Positions 1 to 12,372 of a stretch of DNA of 64,000 nucleotides are shown piece after piece. The notes under the pieces were generated by a model that was not told the origin of the DNA, ran no database searches, and saw only the letters and a program-made list of their open reading frames with translations. Positions within the stretch are counted from its first letter, which is position 1, and every line of letters begins with the position of its first letter. Source of the stretch: Microthyrium microscopicum (lineage: Eukaryota); the NCBI GenBank assembly GCA_010405405.1, contig MU004241.1:310001-374000 (forward strand), given 5' to 3'. Made by a program: the position numbers and the translations under genes.

Positions 1-972
1 CGTTGAAAAGATGACTGCAGGTGCGAGCCTTGTGCAACAGGGGCATCCGGTCAACCCGCCCGCCCATTCGTATTCATGAGCAGTGACTCATCCAAAAGCC
101 CATATTAGGCGCCCAATTGTGGCCTTATGACTAAATAAACTTTCAAAGTGATCGTAAAGTCCATTTCATAAAGGTATGTACCATGGCAGTCGAAGCACCA
201 GTAAAAGCAATGTTATATTGGTGACATCAGGTACTCGATGAATGGTCTCATCAAATGCTTTGATCTACGAACATAGCCTTCCTTTATTATGTGTACTTGA
301 GGTGCAAGTCTTTCAGAACAGAAATCGAAGGTCTTTTGGTATGATGTAACAGATAACAAGTACTTCAATCAGCACCTAGTCGACTGTTCGGGTCACTTCT
401 GCTTCGCCTGGAGCTGACGGCTAGAATTAACAATGGCTTTGTTCATTCTTGCCGTCAGAATTCTTTCCCCTCTACGACAGCCAGAAGGGAGGATACAAGT
501 GTTCGAAGACCTGGGGTCAGTGGGCGGATGATTCTCATTGTTAAAGCAACATTAAGGGTCTCATAGGCAACAGAAGCGCGTTTTGCTAGAAGATTCACGT
601 GAACCTACGGCAATGTCAAGTTGACAGCCAAAAAGAAATTACTTCTTCAGATTCATTATGACAATGTAAACATTTCCAAGTCAGGTCTGCCGAATCTAGG
701 TATCCCTATCAAGTGACCAGCTGAAGTATATACTCTATTATATTATGATACCATGAGTCTCATGGATGTCAACTAAGTAGATATCTGAGTAAGTGTGCCA
801 GCGAGCTTCAAGCATAACAGAACGTACATTAAACAGAAAGTGTGATGCCAGGATTTGTAAAGGAGAGGACGGATCGAGCTGCGGTGTGGCTAAGGCGAAG
901 CTCAAATCAAGTAGAATCAACCCATAGGTTTGTGAAATCGAATCTATTCGTCGGTTCTCTAATCTAGCTACT

Positions 973-2025
973 TCAATAGGCACTTGATTCCCACCATCCA
1001 TTGCTCTTAATGACTTTATAATCAACGTTCCAGGTAACATTGCAGTTTTTGAACTCTAGTGTTACGGTTTCTGTAGCAAATTCGGCCCAAGGGTTGGCAG
1101 CATCGCATACTCTTTTGATGTAATTTTGAATTTCCAAAGAATCGGGCTCATATGGATAATCGTGGGAGGGTATCTTGATCACCAGGTGACGAAACTTGGC
1201 CAACCAGTTGACAGTCATATGCAGCGTCTGTAGCACTCTTCCAATAATACAAAGTAGAATGGAGTCTAGTTCCTCTTTGACGATTGTGTCTATCTGGGGC
1301 CAAGGCGCAGCCGGCTGTTTATGAAGACGAAATTTGAAATTCTCTACGATCCCCAGATGAAATCCTGGTTCTCGGAACCACATCTGACACTCATCGGGAA
1401 ATTGTCTTCGAGTTACTAGGTTCATACCTGTGACTTGGTTGGTATTGTTAGCCTCGTAAGCTCTGGCATTATAATGGACCTTCATAGCTTCCAGCATTGG
1501 GACTTCGCATATAATGGTCAAAGTGCCTAGATTCTTCCACGGTCCGCCGAGTGGGCGAGGTAAAAAGTCCCAGGTCAGCTTGGCCGATCGAAGTTCGTGG
1601 TGCCATGTTGCTTCGTAGTTCATTGGCTCACCACCGTAGATATATTCCAAAACCTGCGAGAATTCCCGATCTACACGTCTCAGGGAATGGTCATTTGCAT
1701 GATGCGGTCTTACGATTTTGACATAACTTGGGGGTATCTCGATCTTGTAACGATAAGCAGTGGCATTCTCATTAAGGTTGGGTGGTTTGCGGTGGTCTGC
1801 ATGAGGCTCGATCAGATACGTATTGCTCTTGAGCTTTCCATTTGCCTTTTTATTGGACCTTTCTCTGAGCACTTCACTGAATATTTGTGCCTTCAGCTCC
1901 AAAGGTAAAGATTCCAAGTTTGTTCCATGAAGGTTTCCATCGGCCGTTCTGCTCATGCGTCGGCGGAATATTGGTGGCGCGTGGTTATCCAGCCAGGACT
2001 TGATCTTGTCTTTTGTGGTAGACAT
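973..2025 (-). CDS. Hypothetical protein with an N-terminal F-box-like motif
   Basis: Long intronless ORF. First ATG is at 2025 (MSTTKDK...). LESLPLELKAQIFSEVL resembles the F-box LxxLPxELxxxI pattern. The remainder is not recognised. Confidence 0.6.
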   Translation of the reverse strand: MSTTKDKIKSWLDNHAPPIFRRRMSRTADGNLHGTNLESLPLELKAQIFSEVLRERSNKKANGKLKSNTYLIEPHADHRKPPNLNENATAYRYKIEIPPSYVKIVRPHHANDHSLRRVDREFSQVLEYIYGGEPMNYEATWHHELRSAKLTWDFLPRPLGGPWKNLGTLTIICEVPMLEAMKVHYNARAYEANNTNQVTGMNLVTRRQFPDECQMWFREPGFHLGIVENFKFRLHKQPAAPWPQIDTIVKEELDSILLCIIGRVLQTLHMTVNWLAKFRHLVIKIPSHDYPYEPDSLEIQNYIKRVCDAANPWAEFATETVTLEFKNCNVTWNVDYKVIKSNGWWESSAY

Positions 2026-2898
2026 ATTACTTGAGTAATGATCTTTGAAAAGACTGCAATGAAGTAGTTTCACTTGATCTGCGCGGTGCGAGGAATCTTC
2101 GACACAATACTTGAATTACGTTAGGAGATATCTCTAAAAGATGGTATGCATTCGTTGAAACTATTCTCATCAGCAGACAAAGGAACGAGTACGCTTTCGG
2201 TACTGTGTTACCTCAGTCTACCGTTCTAGAACAAACCGACCGATGGACAAAGCAAATGGATTGTTCCCGTTAGCCTCGATCCGCGTTGGTCTGCTATGAC
2301 TATTTTTTCCCCATAATGTTCATACAGAAGACCGAAGAATAGATCAAATAAGATCAAAAATCCAAGCGTGCTCTTTTGATCTGTGGCGACAGATATTCTG
2401 CATGATGGGAGCCTGCAATTCTTTCCAATCTGTTGACAAAGAATAGCAACGAATTGGTACTGAGATAGAAGGAATGCTTTGTTAACGAAGAAGACGAATC
2501 GCGATGGAAGATGATCTACGTCAAATGCACTCTTCTATACCACAACGACACCAATAAGCACCACTGGCATTTAAATAGGTAGTAATAATACTAACATCAA
2601 TCCATATCGTGAACTTTACCGCAGTCTGCTTCAGGCATTTAGGATTTAGTATACCTCATTCTCTGGGCCAATCGCAAAAATAGCGGATAACAATCAAGTG
2701 AAATCTACTCTCTCATTAAGCTTTTTCCGGATTCGACCATGAGTTACGCAGGGGTGTAACGTGAGCTATGAGTAAGCAGTCTGAGCTGTAGCTGAGCATA
2801 CCCGAGCTCCCCTCTGAGCCAGCGTGAGCCGGCGCGATTGTACACGAATAAATCCTGAGCTCCTTTGATTATGCCTAAGCTCCCTGTGATTTTGCCTT

Positions 2899-4342
2899 TC
2901 ACTGGTCCTTTGGCTCCGTCGCCGCGAAGATTTCAATGTGCATCTTCCCTCTAACCTGTATTGCCAGCTTTTCGGCAACATCCTCGTGCATGACAACCCA
3001 TTGTGTAGCCTTGTTGTTTCCAATCTTCAACACTTTGTCTTCGTTAATGGCTGTCTGGACTTCATTCGGTCGAATTCTTGCGATTTTCGGGGCGACACCG
3101 GAGCAGATATGGCCGAGCATGATATCGGTCTGCTCTGGTCCTGGCTTCCAGTACTTGGTGAACTTGCTGGGGATGTCCTTTTCAAGTCTAATTAGTATTG
3201 AAACTAGATAGACAGAATCGCAGATGCCAACTTGCCTTGGGTGGTAATTGTTTTTTGCACGCCCAAATATATTCTTTCCAGCTTGCAGAAAACCAAAGGT
3301 CTTCTTGACGGAGTGTCTGAAGAAATGATCCTGGGACTTGTATTCGCAGGATCACAACCTCGCCAGAACGTACACGGTGAACTGCCCAGTCTCGGTACTT
3401 GACTGCAGTCTCATACTCGGGAGTCCAGTACCAAGCATGGTCCACAGGGTTGAAATCACCTCCACGATGACTTGAAATTGCCCGCATGTTGATCGAGCCA
3501 TCCTCGGCAATGAACATGTGATTTTCAGACATTTCATTGACGGCTTTAGCCTTGTAGAAGATTTTGTGATCAGGAAGAATAGGTTCGGCAGCTCCAATGG
3601 ATATCTGCGTTTGAGGAAGATGGCCGCTGTCACTAGCAAGACTCATGGTTGCCACATGTTGCGCCAGGGCTGTAGGATCTGAGGAGGAGGAAGCTTCACC
3701 CGGAGGAGACTGGAAAGCGTCCTTGATACTGGCACGTTTCTGCTTCTTCTTCTCATTTTTACGATCTTTCACGTATGCTTTCAGCTGCTGTTGAATAGTC
3801 GCAATGGATCTGTAGTTGCCGCGGAAAGTTTCGTTGAGCCAGAATCGAAGTGTTTCGGTCTCGTAAATGTCCTTGAACCTGGGATCAAGAAGCACGCTGC
3901 GCAGCCAGGGAGCAACGCCGAGTCTTTGAAGAGCCTCAGCATCTGAATAGCCTTGCCATGAAGTCTGCTTCAGCCAGGATATATGGCCATAAACATAGTC
4001 CAAGAGCTCATCTGGATTTTGGTCAGGATCTGGGCGCGATTGCCAACGGTCGAAAATTTCCTTTGCAGTTGCAGGTTGTAGCCCAATATATTCCAGCGCA
4101 GGTGCGCTCTCTTGCTCGTCTGGAAAATCCGGAATGTCTTGATGAGAATGAGTATCGCAGTACCGAACGGACGCAGTGCTCTTAGTCGACGAGATAGTGC
4201 CAGCAGCAGACGAACTTCCCAAGGATGGAGGAGTTAGAACAAAAGATGCCGAAATCTTACGCTTTCCAGCTTGAGGGCCGGGCAAGAGAACGCCATCTTC
4301 CTGCAGCACACTCAAGTCTTCTTCGCTCAGGGGAGCTGCCAT
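2899..4342 (-). CDS. Conserved-looking fungal protein with a C-terminal DUF3990-like (ADP-ribosyltransferase-fold) region; 2 exons
   Basis: The 384-aa ORF 3188-4342 continues after an intron (branch TACTAAT near 3190, exact junction ambiguous) into ...KYWKPGPEQTDIMLGHICSG...KATQWVVMHEDVAEKL, with the stop at 2899. Confidence 0.7.
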
Positions 4343-4420
4343 GACGAACCAGCAAAGTTGAACGATCCGCTACGTTGATTTGGGTGAAAAGTGATGTTTT
4401 GGTGAGTTAGAGGTTGTCTT

Positions 4421-4550
4421 CGAAGCTGGAGTGTCGGAAGCTGGAGTGTGATTGCGCTCGAAGCTGGAGTATTTGGAACTGAAGTGTTTGAAGCAGAAGT
4501 ACTTGAAGCTGGTGTGTTTGAAGCTGGGAAAAGACCTGCTGAAGTATCTG
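4421..4550. repeat. Degenerate ~15-bp tandem repeat (GAAGCTGGAGTRTTT-like)
   Basis: Recurring gaagctggag/gaagcagaag/gaagctggtg units upstream of the 4342 start codon. Confidence 0.65.
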
Positions 4551-4611
4551 TGTGGTGGGTTCTTGTAGTCCGCATGAGTGTAACCGTGGTTGCAAAAAGT
4601 ATCCAGCACTC

Positions 4612-5085
4612 CCTTAGCGGGCCTTGGCGGCCCAGGCAACAGTCAAGCGACGGTCGATCAACGGTTATTTAGCAATCAACGTTTATTTTTCTAAATGTGC
4701 AAAAGACTGTTAAATAATGCCTTAACAGTTAATTGCGTAAAACGTTAATTAACCTTATATTTATTAACTAATGGTTAGTATAATATTGCTAACTATTAGC
4801 TAACGTTTATTACTTATAATTAAAATCTAGGCTAACTACTAATTAATATTTAATAACTAAACTAACGCTTATTTAATAGTTATATAATATATTAACTATT
4901 ATTTAATAATTATACTTTATAAATATTAGCTAATTCTTTAACTATTAGCCTACGTTAAGGCTCTATTAATATATATTTACTCTAATAGTTAAACAACTAT
5001 TAAAATTTATTTAACTATAGTTAGATAATTAATTACTAACTAACCGTAGAATAATAGTTGCCCATGTCGCTAAGGCCCGCTAAGG
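4612..5085. mobile_element. MITE-like / non-autonomous DNA transposon relic with ~29-bp TIRs and a RIP-degraded AT-rich interior
   Basis: Left 4612-4640 reads CCTTAGCGGGCCTTGGCGGCCCAGGCAAC. The reverse complement of 5057-5085 reads CCTTAGCGGGCCTTAGCGACATGGGCAAC. The interior is extremely AT/TpA-rich with no ORF. No clear TSD. Confidence 0.75.
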
Positions 5086-5493
5086 TCCCTGTCAATCTTG
5101 GCGTTGCGTAGAAAATATAGAAAAGCCGCTATACCGGATCCGGAAGTTTTTTTTTTTGGCCGCACCCAACAGGAGGGAGAGCTAGCTCTTGATCTCCATT
5201 GCGTCTACGGAGGAGTACTCTGATTGAGATGTGCCGAGAGCAACTACTTCGATGTCGTAGTCCACATACGGGGTTAGGGGAGGTATATTAAATGCAGGCA
5301 TGGCTAGTAATAACACGAGGAGAACAGCGAGGAGATAGGTTGATGTGAATCTTGCATGGAAAATGCTTGGGATGATAATGGTTGTTGATCGCTTGGTATA
5401 GCGTAGAACCTAGCAGGTCTCATGTGAGAACTATGCTCAGAGATGGGCTCCGCGAAGAACTCCTCCGAGGAGAGATGAGCTCCCCGAAGAAAA

Positions 5494-5670
5494 TCTCCAA
5501 GGAGAGGAAAGCTCCAAGGAGAGAGATGCTCCCAGGAAGAAAGCTCCCAGGAGAGAGACGCTCCCAGGAGAGAGGTGCTCCCAGGAGAGGGACGCTCCCA
5601 GGAGGGAGATGCTCCCAGGAGAGGAGAGCTCCAAGGAGAAAGCCCATAGGAGAGAAGAGCCCACGAAAGA
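5494..5670. repeat. 17-bp minisatellite (GCTCCCAGGAGAGAGAY), ~10 degenerate copies
   Basis: Consecutive units gctccaaggagagagat, gctcccaggagagagac, gctcccaggagagaggt, gctcccaggagagggac, gctcccaggagggagat and others. Confidence 0.9.
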
Positions 5671-5745
5671 AGCTTAGGCCAGTTTTAGAACTTGTCAGGC
5701 GGTTGTGGTAATATGGTAATGGATTTGGATCAAAAGAGCAAGGAG

Positions 5746-5747
<2 letters not shown>

Positions 5748-5779
<32 letters not shown>
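5748..5779 (+). repeat. Poly-G homopolymer (32 nt)
   Basis: Directly visible uninterrupted G run. Confidence 0.95.
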
Positions 5780-5782
<3 letters not shown>

Positions 5783-6403
5783 AATCAGGACTGCGATCAG
5801 GTTAAGAACCAAAAGGGAGTCGAGTATGAGCAGCCTGAGGCACCATCATCTTGATCATGACCAAGCACGAGCAAGCGTGATTCAGGCTGAGCAAAAATAA
5901 GCTGAGGTTGAGCCAAGTAGGATTTTGCTGATGTAATGGCCCAGAAACGAGTAACCTAATCGAGTGTATGCCAAGAGTAGAATCCACTTGAAAATAGCGA
6001 GATTGTTTTAGCAATTCTGAACTTCATTTTCAAGATGCATACCGTACCCACGCACATTTTTATACCCGTTGTAAATTGCCTGAGATTATTCATATATAAA
6101 GCTCAGCACAAAAAATAGTAAGTTAAGCTCCTACCACCTCATGTACCTACTGAGCAACAACCCTACGGGCGGCAACTCCCGCAAGTTACTTTAGTATATT
6201 TCTAACAAATAAATGAGTTAGACCATTGTAAACCATCGCTAGCGATGAGAACCAGTCGTTACTATCTAGTATATCAATAATAACTACCTCCGGCGTAGAA
6301 GTGCCTTAAATGCTGCTTCCCCCTGATCATGCTCACGGTCTTCTGAAGTATTCATATTCCAGCAACCCTATTTTCTGACGAATTAATACTGAAGTGGTTG
6401 AAA

Positions 6404-7361
6404 ATGCGGTTTTGGTCTTTCATCGCTCTTGGGGCCGTAGCGTATGCCTCGCCACAATCCAAACCCGCTCCATCATGTGGTTGTTCTGTTGCCAATGTCC
6501 ATGTGGAGCACGAAGGAAAACCTGTTGGGCAGATGAATGAAGTTAACGGCAGTACGACTACGCCCTGTTTCTAGAGTAATCGAATCTTAACTTGAATCAG
6601 TTCAGACATATATTTCATATCCGGCCGATAAAAAGACGGACTATGGCATTCTTTACCTGCCGGATGCATTCGGATTCCCGCTGGTTCAAAATCGATTGTA
6701 TTACTTCACTTTTCATGAACGCCGAAAGGAGAACACTAACACCTCTGCAGACTGGCTGACAGTTTTGCTAAAGCTGGCTATGTAGTAGTTGGTCCAGATT
6801 TCTTTGAAGGAGAGCCAGCTCCTCATGACTTGGCGAATCCAAATTTTGACTACACTGCTTGGCTGGCTCGCCATCCTGCAGACAAAGTGGACAAAATCAT
6901 CGAAAACACTATCAAGTATATGAAGACGACCCTTGGAGTGAAAAAGATTGGTGCAGTAGGTTATTGTTTTGGAGGCCGTTTTGTTGCTAGATTCCTAGCA
7001 AAGGACAAAGGACTAGATGCTGGATTCACAGCTCACCCCAGTTTGGTGACCAATGAAGAGTTACAAGCTGTTTCGGGGCCGTTCAGCATAGGCGCCGCAG
7101 GCAAGTGAGAGCGAAGAGCTTGTATTCAGGATACTAATCAGCCATATAGAGAACGATATCATTTTTACTACTCCAAAACGGCATGAGGCAGAAGGCATCC
7201 TTTCAAAGAGCAACATTCCGTTTCAGATTAGTTTGTATGGAAGTACAGCTCATGGGTTTGGAGTGAGAGGAAACATGACGAATAAGCGAGAAAAATATGC
7301 CAAAGAGGAAGCATATCTTCAGGCGGTCAGATGGTTCGACACATGGTTGAAGGATATTTAA
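6404..7361 (+). CDS. Dienelactone hydrolase family protein with a predicted signal peptide; 4 exons
   Basis: ATG 6404 (MRFWSFIALGAVAYASPQ...). Introns at ~6552-6600, ~6698-6750 and 7101-7149 (GC-AG). Motifs: YLPDAFG, GYCFGG nucleophile, AENDIIF, HGFGVRG, AVRWFDTWL. Stop TAA at 7359-7361. Confidence 0.9.
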
Positions 7362-7695
7362 AAGCCTCTGTTCTTCACAGTGGAAACCGGATATCGGAAA
7401 AACAATAGTCGGTTGATACTATTTCTATTATCCTATGCTTTCTCATTGCGCTTCCTCAAGCGAGGCACTTTCACCACTCTATGGTATAATTAGTTCGCAA
7501 AAGCCACGAGTCGCTATGCCAGATGGGTATTAGGTAATGCTAGAAGCAGGTCGCCTTTTCGTTTCTGTGAGAAGATCCGGGGGCTATGTATTTAATTCGA
7601 TATTTGAACTGCATATGATAAAGTCAGAGGACAATGGTTTGAGCATCCTAATTCAGCAGAAGCTGAGTGATAGTATAACCATTCAATAATCGAGT

Positions 7696-8973
7696 TTACT
7701 CCAACTCTTCATACAGTGGGAGCTTCCATCCTTTGACATCCTCTTTGATATCCATCATCCATCGGGCAATGTCCACTTTGAACAACGAGGCCAATTGTGT
7801 AGCATAGTTCATGAGAGTAATTCCAAACTGTGATTCGGGGTACATTCCTGATTCCTCCTTGACACCACGCTGTATATCTTTCATGAATGGCTTGAACTTG
7901 CTTTCGTAAGCTCTTAGAGCGGTTTCTACCGCGTTCTTAGTATTCTGGCTTGATGGGCTTTCGGCGTTCGCTTCACCGCATGCTCTTCCAATTTCACCAG
8001 CCAAGATGTAAGCGCCAATCAGACTGGACGAAGTGCCCATTCCGGATTGCACAGAGGGGCAATAGGCAGCATCACCTACAAGCGCGACAGAGCCTTTGCG
8101 CCAGGAATCGAGCTTGATCATGGCTAATCGCTCGCAGTAAAAGTCCTTGGCATCCGGGAGTGATTTGATCATTTCTCCAGTCCGCCAGCCAGCGCCCTGG
8201 AAGATTTCTGCAATAGCCTGTTTTTCCTTTTCAACGTCGCCTCGAGCAGCTTTGAGTAGTTTAGAGTCCGAAGAGCCCCCAAGGTAAATCTGGAGTTGGT
8301 TGGGATTTTGTCTTCTTGTCATCACGCCCCGCTTTCCAGGAGCCATATACACTGTGGCGATGAACTCTTCGTCCTCTTTCATGGGCCAGGGGAGAGTGAA
8401 GTAGCATACGTATTGATCGCCGAGCGGATGAGTTGGATCTTTAGCACCGGGCCTGGGCCCGCCGATCAGCATTTTACGCGTTTGTGAGCCAACACCATCG
8501 GCGCCAACCAGCAGATCATACTGTTCACTTTGCCCGTTGGAAAAGATTACATCCACGTGGTTGTCTAGCTGCTCAAAGCTTTCAATCCAGGTTCCGAAGA
8601 CGTATTTGACGCGATCCTTGTTGGCATCATACATGATGCGGCAGAAATCACCTCTCATGATCTCGTATTCCGTGGTGAAGCTTTGCGGTCCTTCGCCTGA
8701 TGTATTGGCCGGAAAGAAGCCACGACGTTTACCAGACCTATCCACCATCTGCGTGCCTTGCTCCGGGCAAAGCTTGGTGCGGAAAGCTGGTTCGAGACCC
8801 ATTCTTTTCAAGATCTCGATTCCGTGTCCTCGTAGATCCACCTGAAGCCCATTGGTCCGTAACAAAGGAAATCTTTCTACAACGGTCACGCTATGACCGA
8901 GCTTTGCGAGTAGCAAGGCAAGAGCATTTCCGGCAATGCCTGCACCACTAATGAGGACCTTAAGCTGAGGCAT
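7696..8973 (-). CDS. FAD-dependent oxidoreductase/monooxygenase (FAD_binding_3-like)
   Basis: MPQLKVLISGAGIAG Rossmann motif, DLLVGADGVGS (DG motif) and VALVGDAAYCPS...GMG (GD motif). Intronless; ATG at 8973. Confidence 0.92.
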   Translation of the reverse strand: MPQLKVLISGAGIAGNALALLLAKLGHSVTVVERFPLLRTNGLQVDLRGHGIEILKRMGLEPAFRTKLCPEQGTQMVDRSGKRRGFFPANTSGEGPQSFTTEYEIMRGDFCRIMYDANKDRVKYVFGTWIESFEQLDNHVDVIFSNGQSEQYDLLVGADGVGSQTRKMLIGGPRPGAKDPTHPLGDQYVCYFTLPWPMKEDEEFIATVYMAPGKRGVMTRRQNPNQLQIYLGGSSDSKLLKAARGDVEKEKQAIAEIFQGAGWRTGEMIKSLPDAKDFYCERLAMIKLDSWRKGSVALVGDAAYCPSVQSGMGTSSSLIGAYILAGEIGRACGEANAESPSSQNTKNAVETALRAYESKFKPFMKDIQRGVKEESGMYPESQFGITLMNYATQLASLFKVDIARWMMDIKEDVKGWKLPLYEELE

Positions 8974-9387
8974 GGAGATGTTCGAGTGGTGGCTTCTATG
9001 TTGCAGATGACAAGCTGAGGTAGCGTTACTAGACGTAAGAAATAAAAAGCTTGTATTCGAAGTTTTCTGGAGTTGATCAATTGTCGTACGACAAAGCGAA
9101 CAAGGTCGTGTGTAGGAGGGGATATATAGGGGCAATAGCAATTGGAAGCTTGTAGGAGAACTTTGATCTTGCAGTAATCATGGGCCACAGCGATGTAAAC
9201 CTCAAGAGCAAGAAACATACATGGTAACGTGAGAGTAGGACCTTTATATCTACCTATTCATACCTCTCGGCATATGCAAGTTATCTCCGTAGCGTGAGTT
9301 TATGATCGCCTTCAGTGCCGCTTCGGCCGAGCACGTCAAAGACAATGGCCTGGAAAATGCCATTCTGGCAAGTTTGAATGACAATTG

Positions 9388-11848
9388 TCAAGTGTTAGAG
9401 AACCTCAATCCTGGAAACAAAAAGTCCATGTCCAAGTCTAGGCCATAGCTATCCATTTCCATTCCAAAGTTCATGGATCCTGGTCTAGCGTATTCAAGTG
9501 GTGTATTCGAGGACGTAGACTCGACCTGTGGTAATAATGTATCATGACAGAGTTGCAGCCTGTCTCGAGCACTGAGTGCTATTTTTTGTTCCAGGGTGTT
9601 GTTGGTTTCCAAGGCTTCTACTTGAGCAAGGACCATGCTCAAGAACATGTGGCTTTTGATATTGGTCTCACCTTGACGAATGCGATCTAAAGATAGCGAA
9701 ACCTGTTCCTTGATGGCGCTCTTCAAGATCTCTCGGTGGGGTGATACTTGTGAAAGAGTGCCGTCAAGCCGTTGCACATTAGTCTGGGCGATAAGCTCGA
9801 TACTTATTGCAGTGTAGGCATAGATAATGCCTTCCCTGAACATTCCTCCGCCTGTAGCCATGAGTCGAGAGAATTCTTGATCAGATTCAGGCGACACGAG
9901 TGTCATTGCAGCATCAAGATTAGCTTTCAGTGAATAGCTGAACACTGGATTCATGCGCGCCTTGCTGATGAAGAGACAATGTAAAGGTATCATGAAGCGG
10001 CGCAAGAGATAATGAAGCAAATTTCTTTGAAAGGTCGTGAGACCAGAGTCCGAGTTTGCCACGATGAAGCTGCCCAGTTTCTGGTAAGCGTCAGTCATCT
10101 CTACACTAAGCTTCATGACTTCCGAGTAAGATATGTCTGAATTCAAGCCGTTCAATAGTCGGATGATTCGTAACCGAGTAGGCAAAGAGTCTAGAAGTAC
10201 GAGCTGCATAGAGGTTGCGGTGTACACCTGTCCCGGTTTAGATTCAACTGTAGTCGTTGAGTCTTCTATCTCGGCGTCGTTAATGTTTGCTGGCGGATTG
10301 GTATCAAATTCCTCGAATGATATCCTCGCAGGCATACCCGAGTCCAAGGATGATTGAACTGTCATTTCGAGTATAGTGGCCCATAGCCTTCTCCGCAGTT
10401 CGGCTTGCAGGGCAGACATAGCGGGAAGATATTTAGGATCGCGATGCATGGCTATTTGCATGGCACGGTGAATCAAAGACCCCATTGACATCCACATCAA
10501 GTCGCCACCTATTGAGAATAATTGGCTAGCTATGATCATTAGGCAATGTATTTGTATGCCAATAATGTCAACCCGAGTTTTTTTGACTGGTCCCGCTAGC
10601 CACATTTGTGCTGTATAAATACACTGATGGACCGTGAACAGAAACAAAGGATCTTGGTCAGCATGGTCACATAAGCTTGAGCCAATACCGACAACGAGGA
10701 GAACTTTAAGGGAGAGGTCTGGAGTGGAGATTTCGGATTGGTCCCAAAATTGCTGATATTCTCTCATGAACGTGGGTTCATGAAGAATGCGAAACGATGG
10801 TTCGAACGACTGAAAATATAGTTCGACCATCTTGTCTGCTGCTAGTCGGGAGGGACGCACGAAGCGGAAACCAGGCTCAACAAGACCTCTACTGGGATGT
10901 CCGACTTTAATGCTTCTTGCCAATAGCTTGCATTGTTGCAGAAGATCACCAATATCAGTCAGTAAAGCTCTGATTTGCGTCGCCTGGCCGAGGCTTTCTT
11001 GAGCTTTATTGCTCTCTAATGTCTCATTGGCTGTATTGCCCGCTTGAACGTAGCAAGCTGCAATATTGGCGAGCTGTGAGCATGATCAGTCTGCATATTC
11101 TACCCTTGATAGTCGAATGTACCTCTGGAGCCATGCCCATTCTAGCAATACATTAGCAAGGAATGCATATATTGTTCAATTGCGTGTACGGTGCTCTATC
11201 AGCCCCAACAAATTTCATTACAATGACTTACAAATGAATCCACCTCAAAGCTCTTGATTTGTTTAGAACTGTTTGAGAGCCTTGCAAGCCGGCCTGGCGG
11301 GAGAGTATATCTCGACCTGTCTCAGTTGATAACTCAACTGAATCGCTTGTTGATGCATTTTCAAGTCTCTGCACTCTTTGCATCAGATCAGACAGGTCTT
11401 CTCGAGAATCCTGGGAATAGCGTGGGGTCTGTATGGAAGTAGTGTTCTGCTTAGGTCGAGTATGATTATGTGCAGTAGCAGCTATCATGGCTAAGGGCGG
11501 CCCGAGTGACGCTGCCGCATGTTCATGCAACTGTTCATTCGACTGGCCACTCGACTGTCCAGTTGATTGCCTATTTCCATCTGCGATGATTCTTTGATTG
11601 TGCACTTCTCCAGTTGAAGCTGAAGTTGCTGATGTGTTCCTAGAAGAGTTGGTAGACCCCAACTGGGAGCTGGATTGTCGGTGACGACGCTGGACAGCAG
11701 GACCGTTGTGATGAACGCTATACGTGCATTGAGATTTAGTTGTAATACAATGTGCACACGGATTGCTCCTGTTACATTTTATCTTACGGCGCCGGCATGC
11801 TACACAGGATAGTGCCGGTCGCCGTCGCCGTCGCTGTTCGGTCTCCAT
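9388..11848 (-). CDS. Zn(II)2Cys6 transcription factor with a fungal-specific TF domain
   Basis: CVACRRRKIKCNRSNPCAHCITTKSQC binuclear cluster. A micro-exon (MGMAPE, ~11122-11140) links it to a long exon with RILHEPTF and AMHRDP...ELRRRLWATI. Confidence 0.93.
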
Positions 11849-12372
11849 GCGCAATGTGTGTCAGGCGGGAGATGGAGCGAGACGGCGTCCTCGAGGGTAA
11901 ATCTCATAATGCAAAATAGATAGATAAACCTGAACAGCCTGAAGCAAGAGGATATGTCCGGCTTGGTTGGATGATGTTGCGGAGATATCATTTGAGCCCC
12001 TGAAATTTGAATAAGCCGAACTGAATTGAGCGAAAATGCCGAGCCCGGCGCTAGGCATGCACGTGAAACATATACAAAAGTCTTCGGCCTCAGGCAGCAA
12101 CATTGGTTCGCGACCCCCTTCCCGACCGGCGACCTTCTTCACGACCACATTTAACTACCAGTCTTCTTTTGACTTCGTCTTCCAATCGGTACTCCGCAGC
12201 AATGGATATCGAGATGTCAAAAAATCACCATGCGGAGAAGCTGTATTGTTGGACGCTGTGGCTCACTCCTGCAGCTCCTGACACCAATCATCGATATGGA
12301 AGGGTGGAGTTTATCTACAGAAACCAAATCTGATTAAGTGTAAACATGACCTGTTTCTCGATTTCTATCCAT

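Noticed and set aside
5382..5812. ORFs of 75-130 aa including a poly-Pro tract
   Set aside because: By-products of the minisatellite and G run, with no protein-like features.
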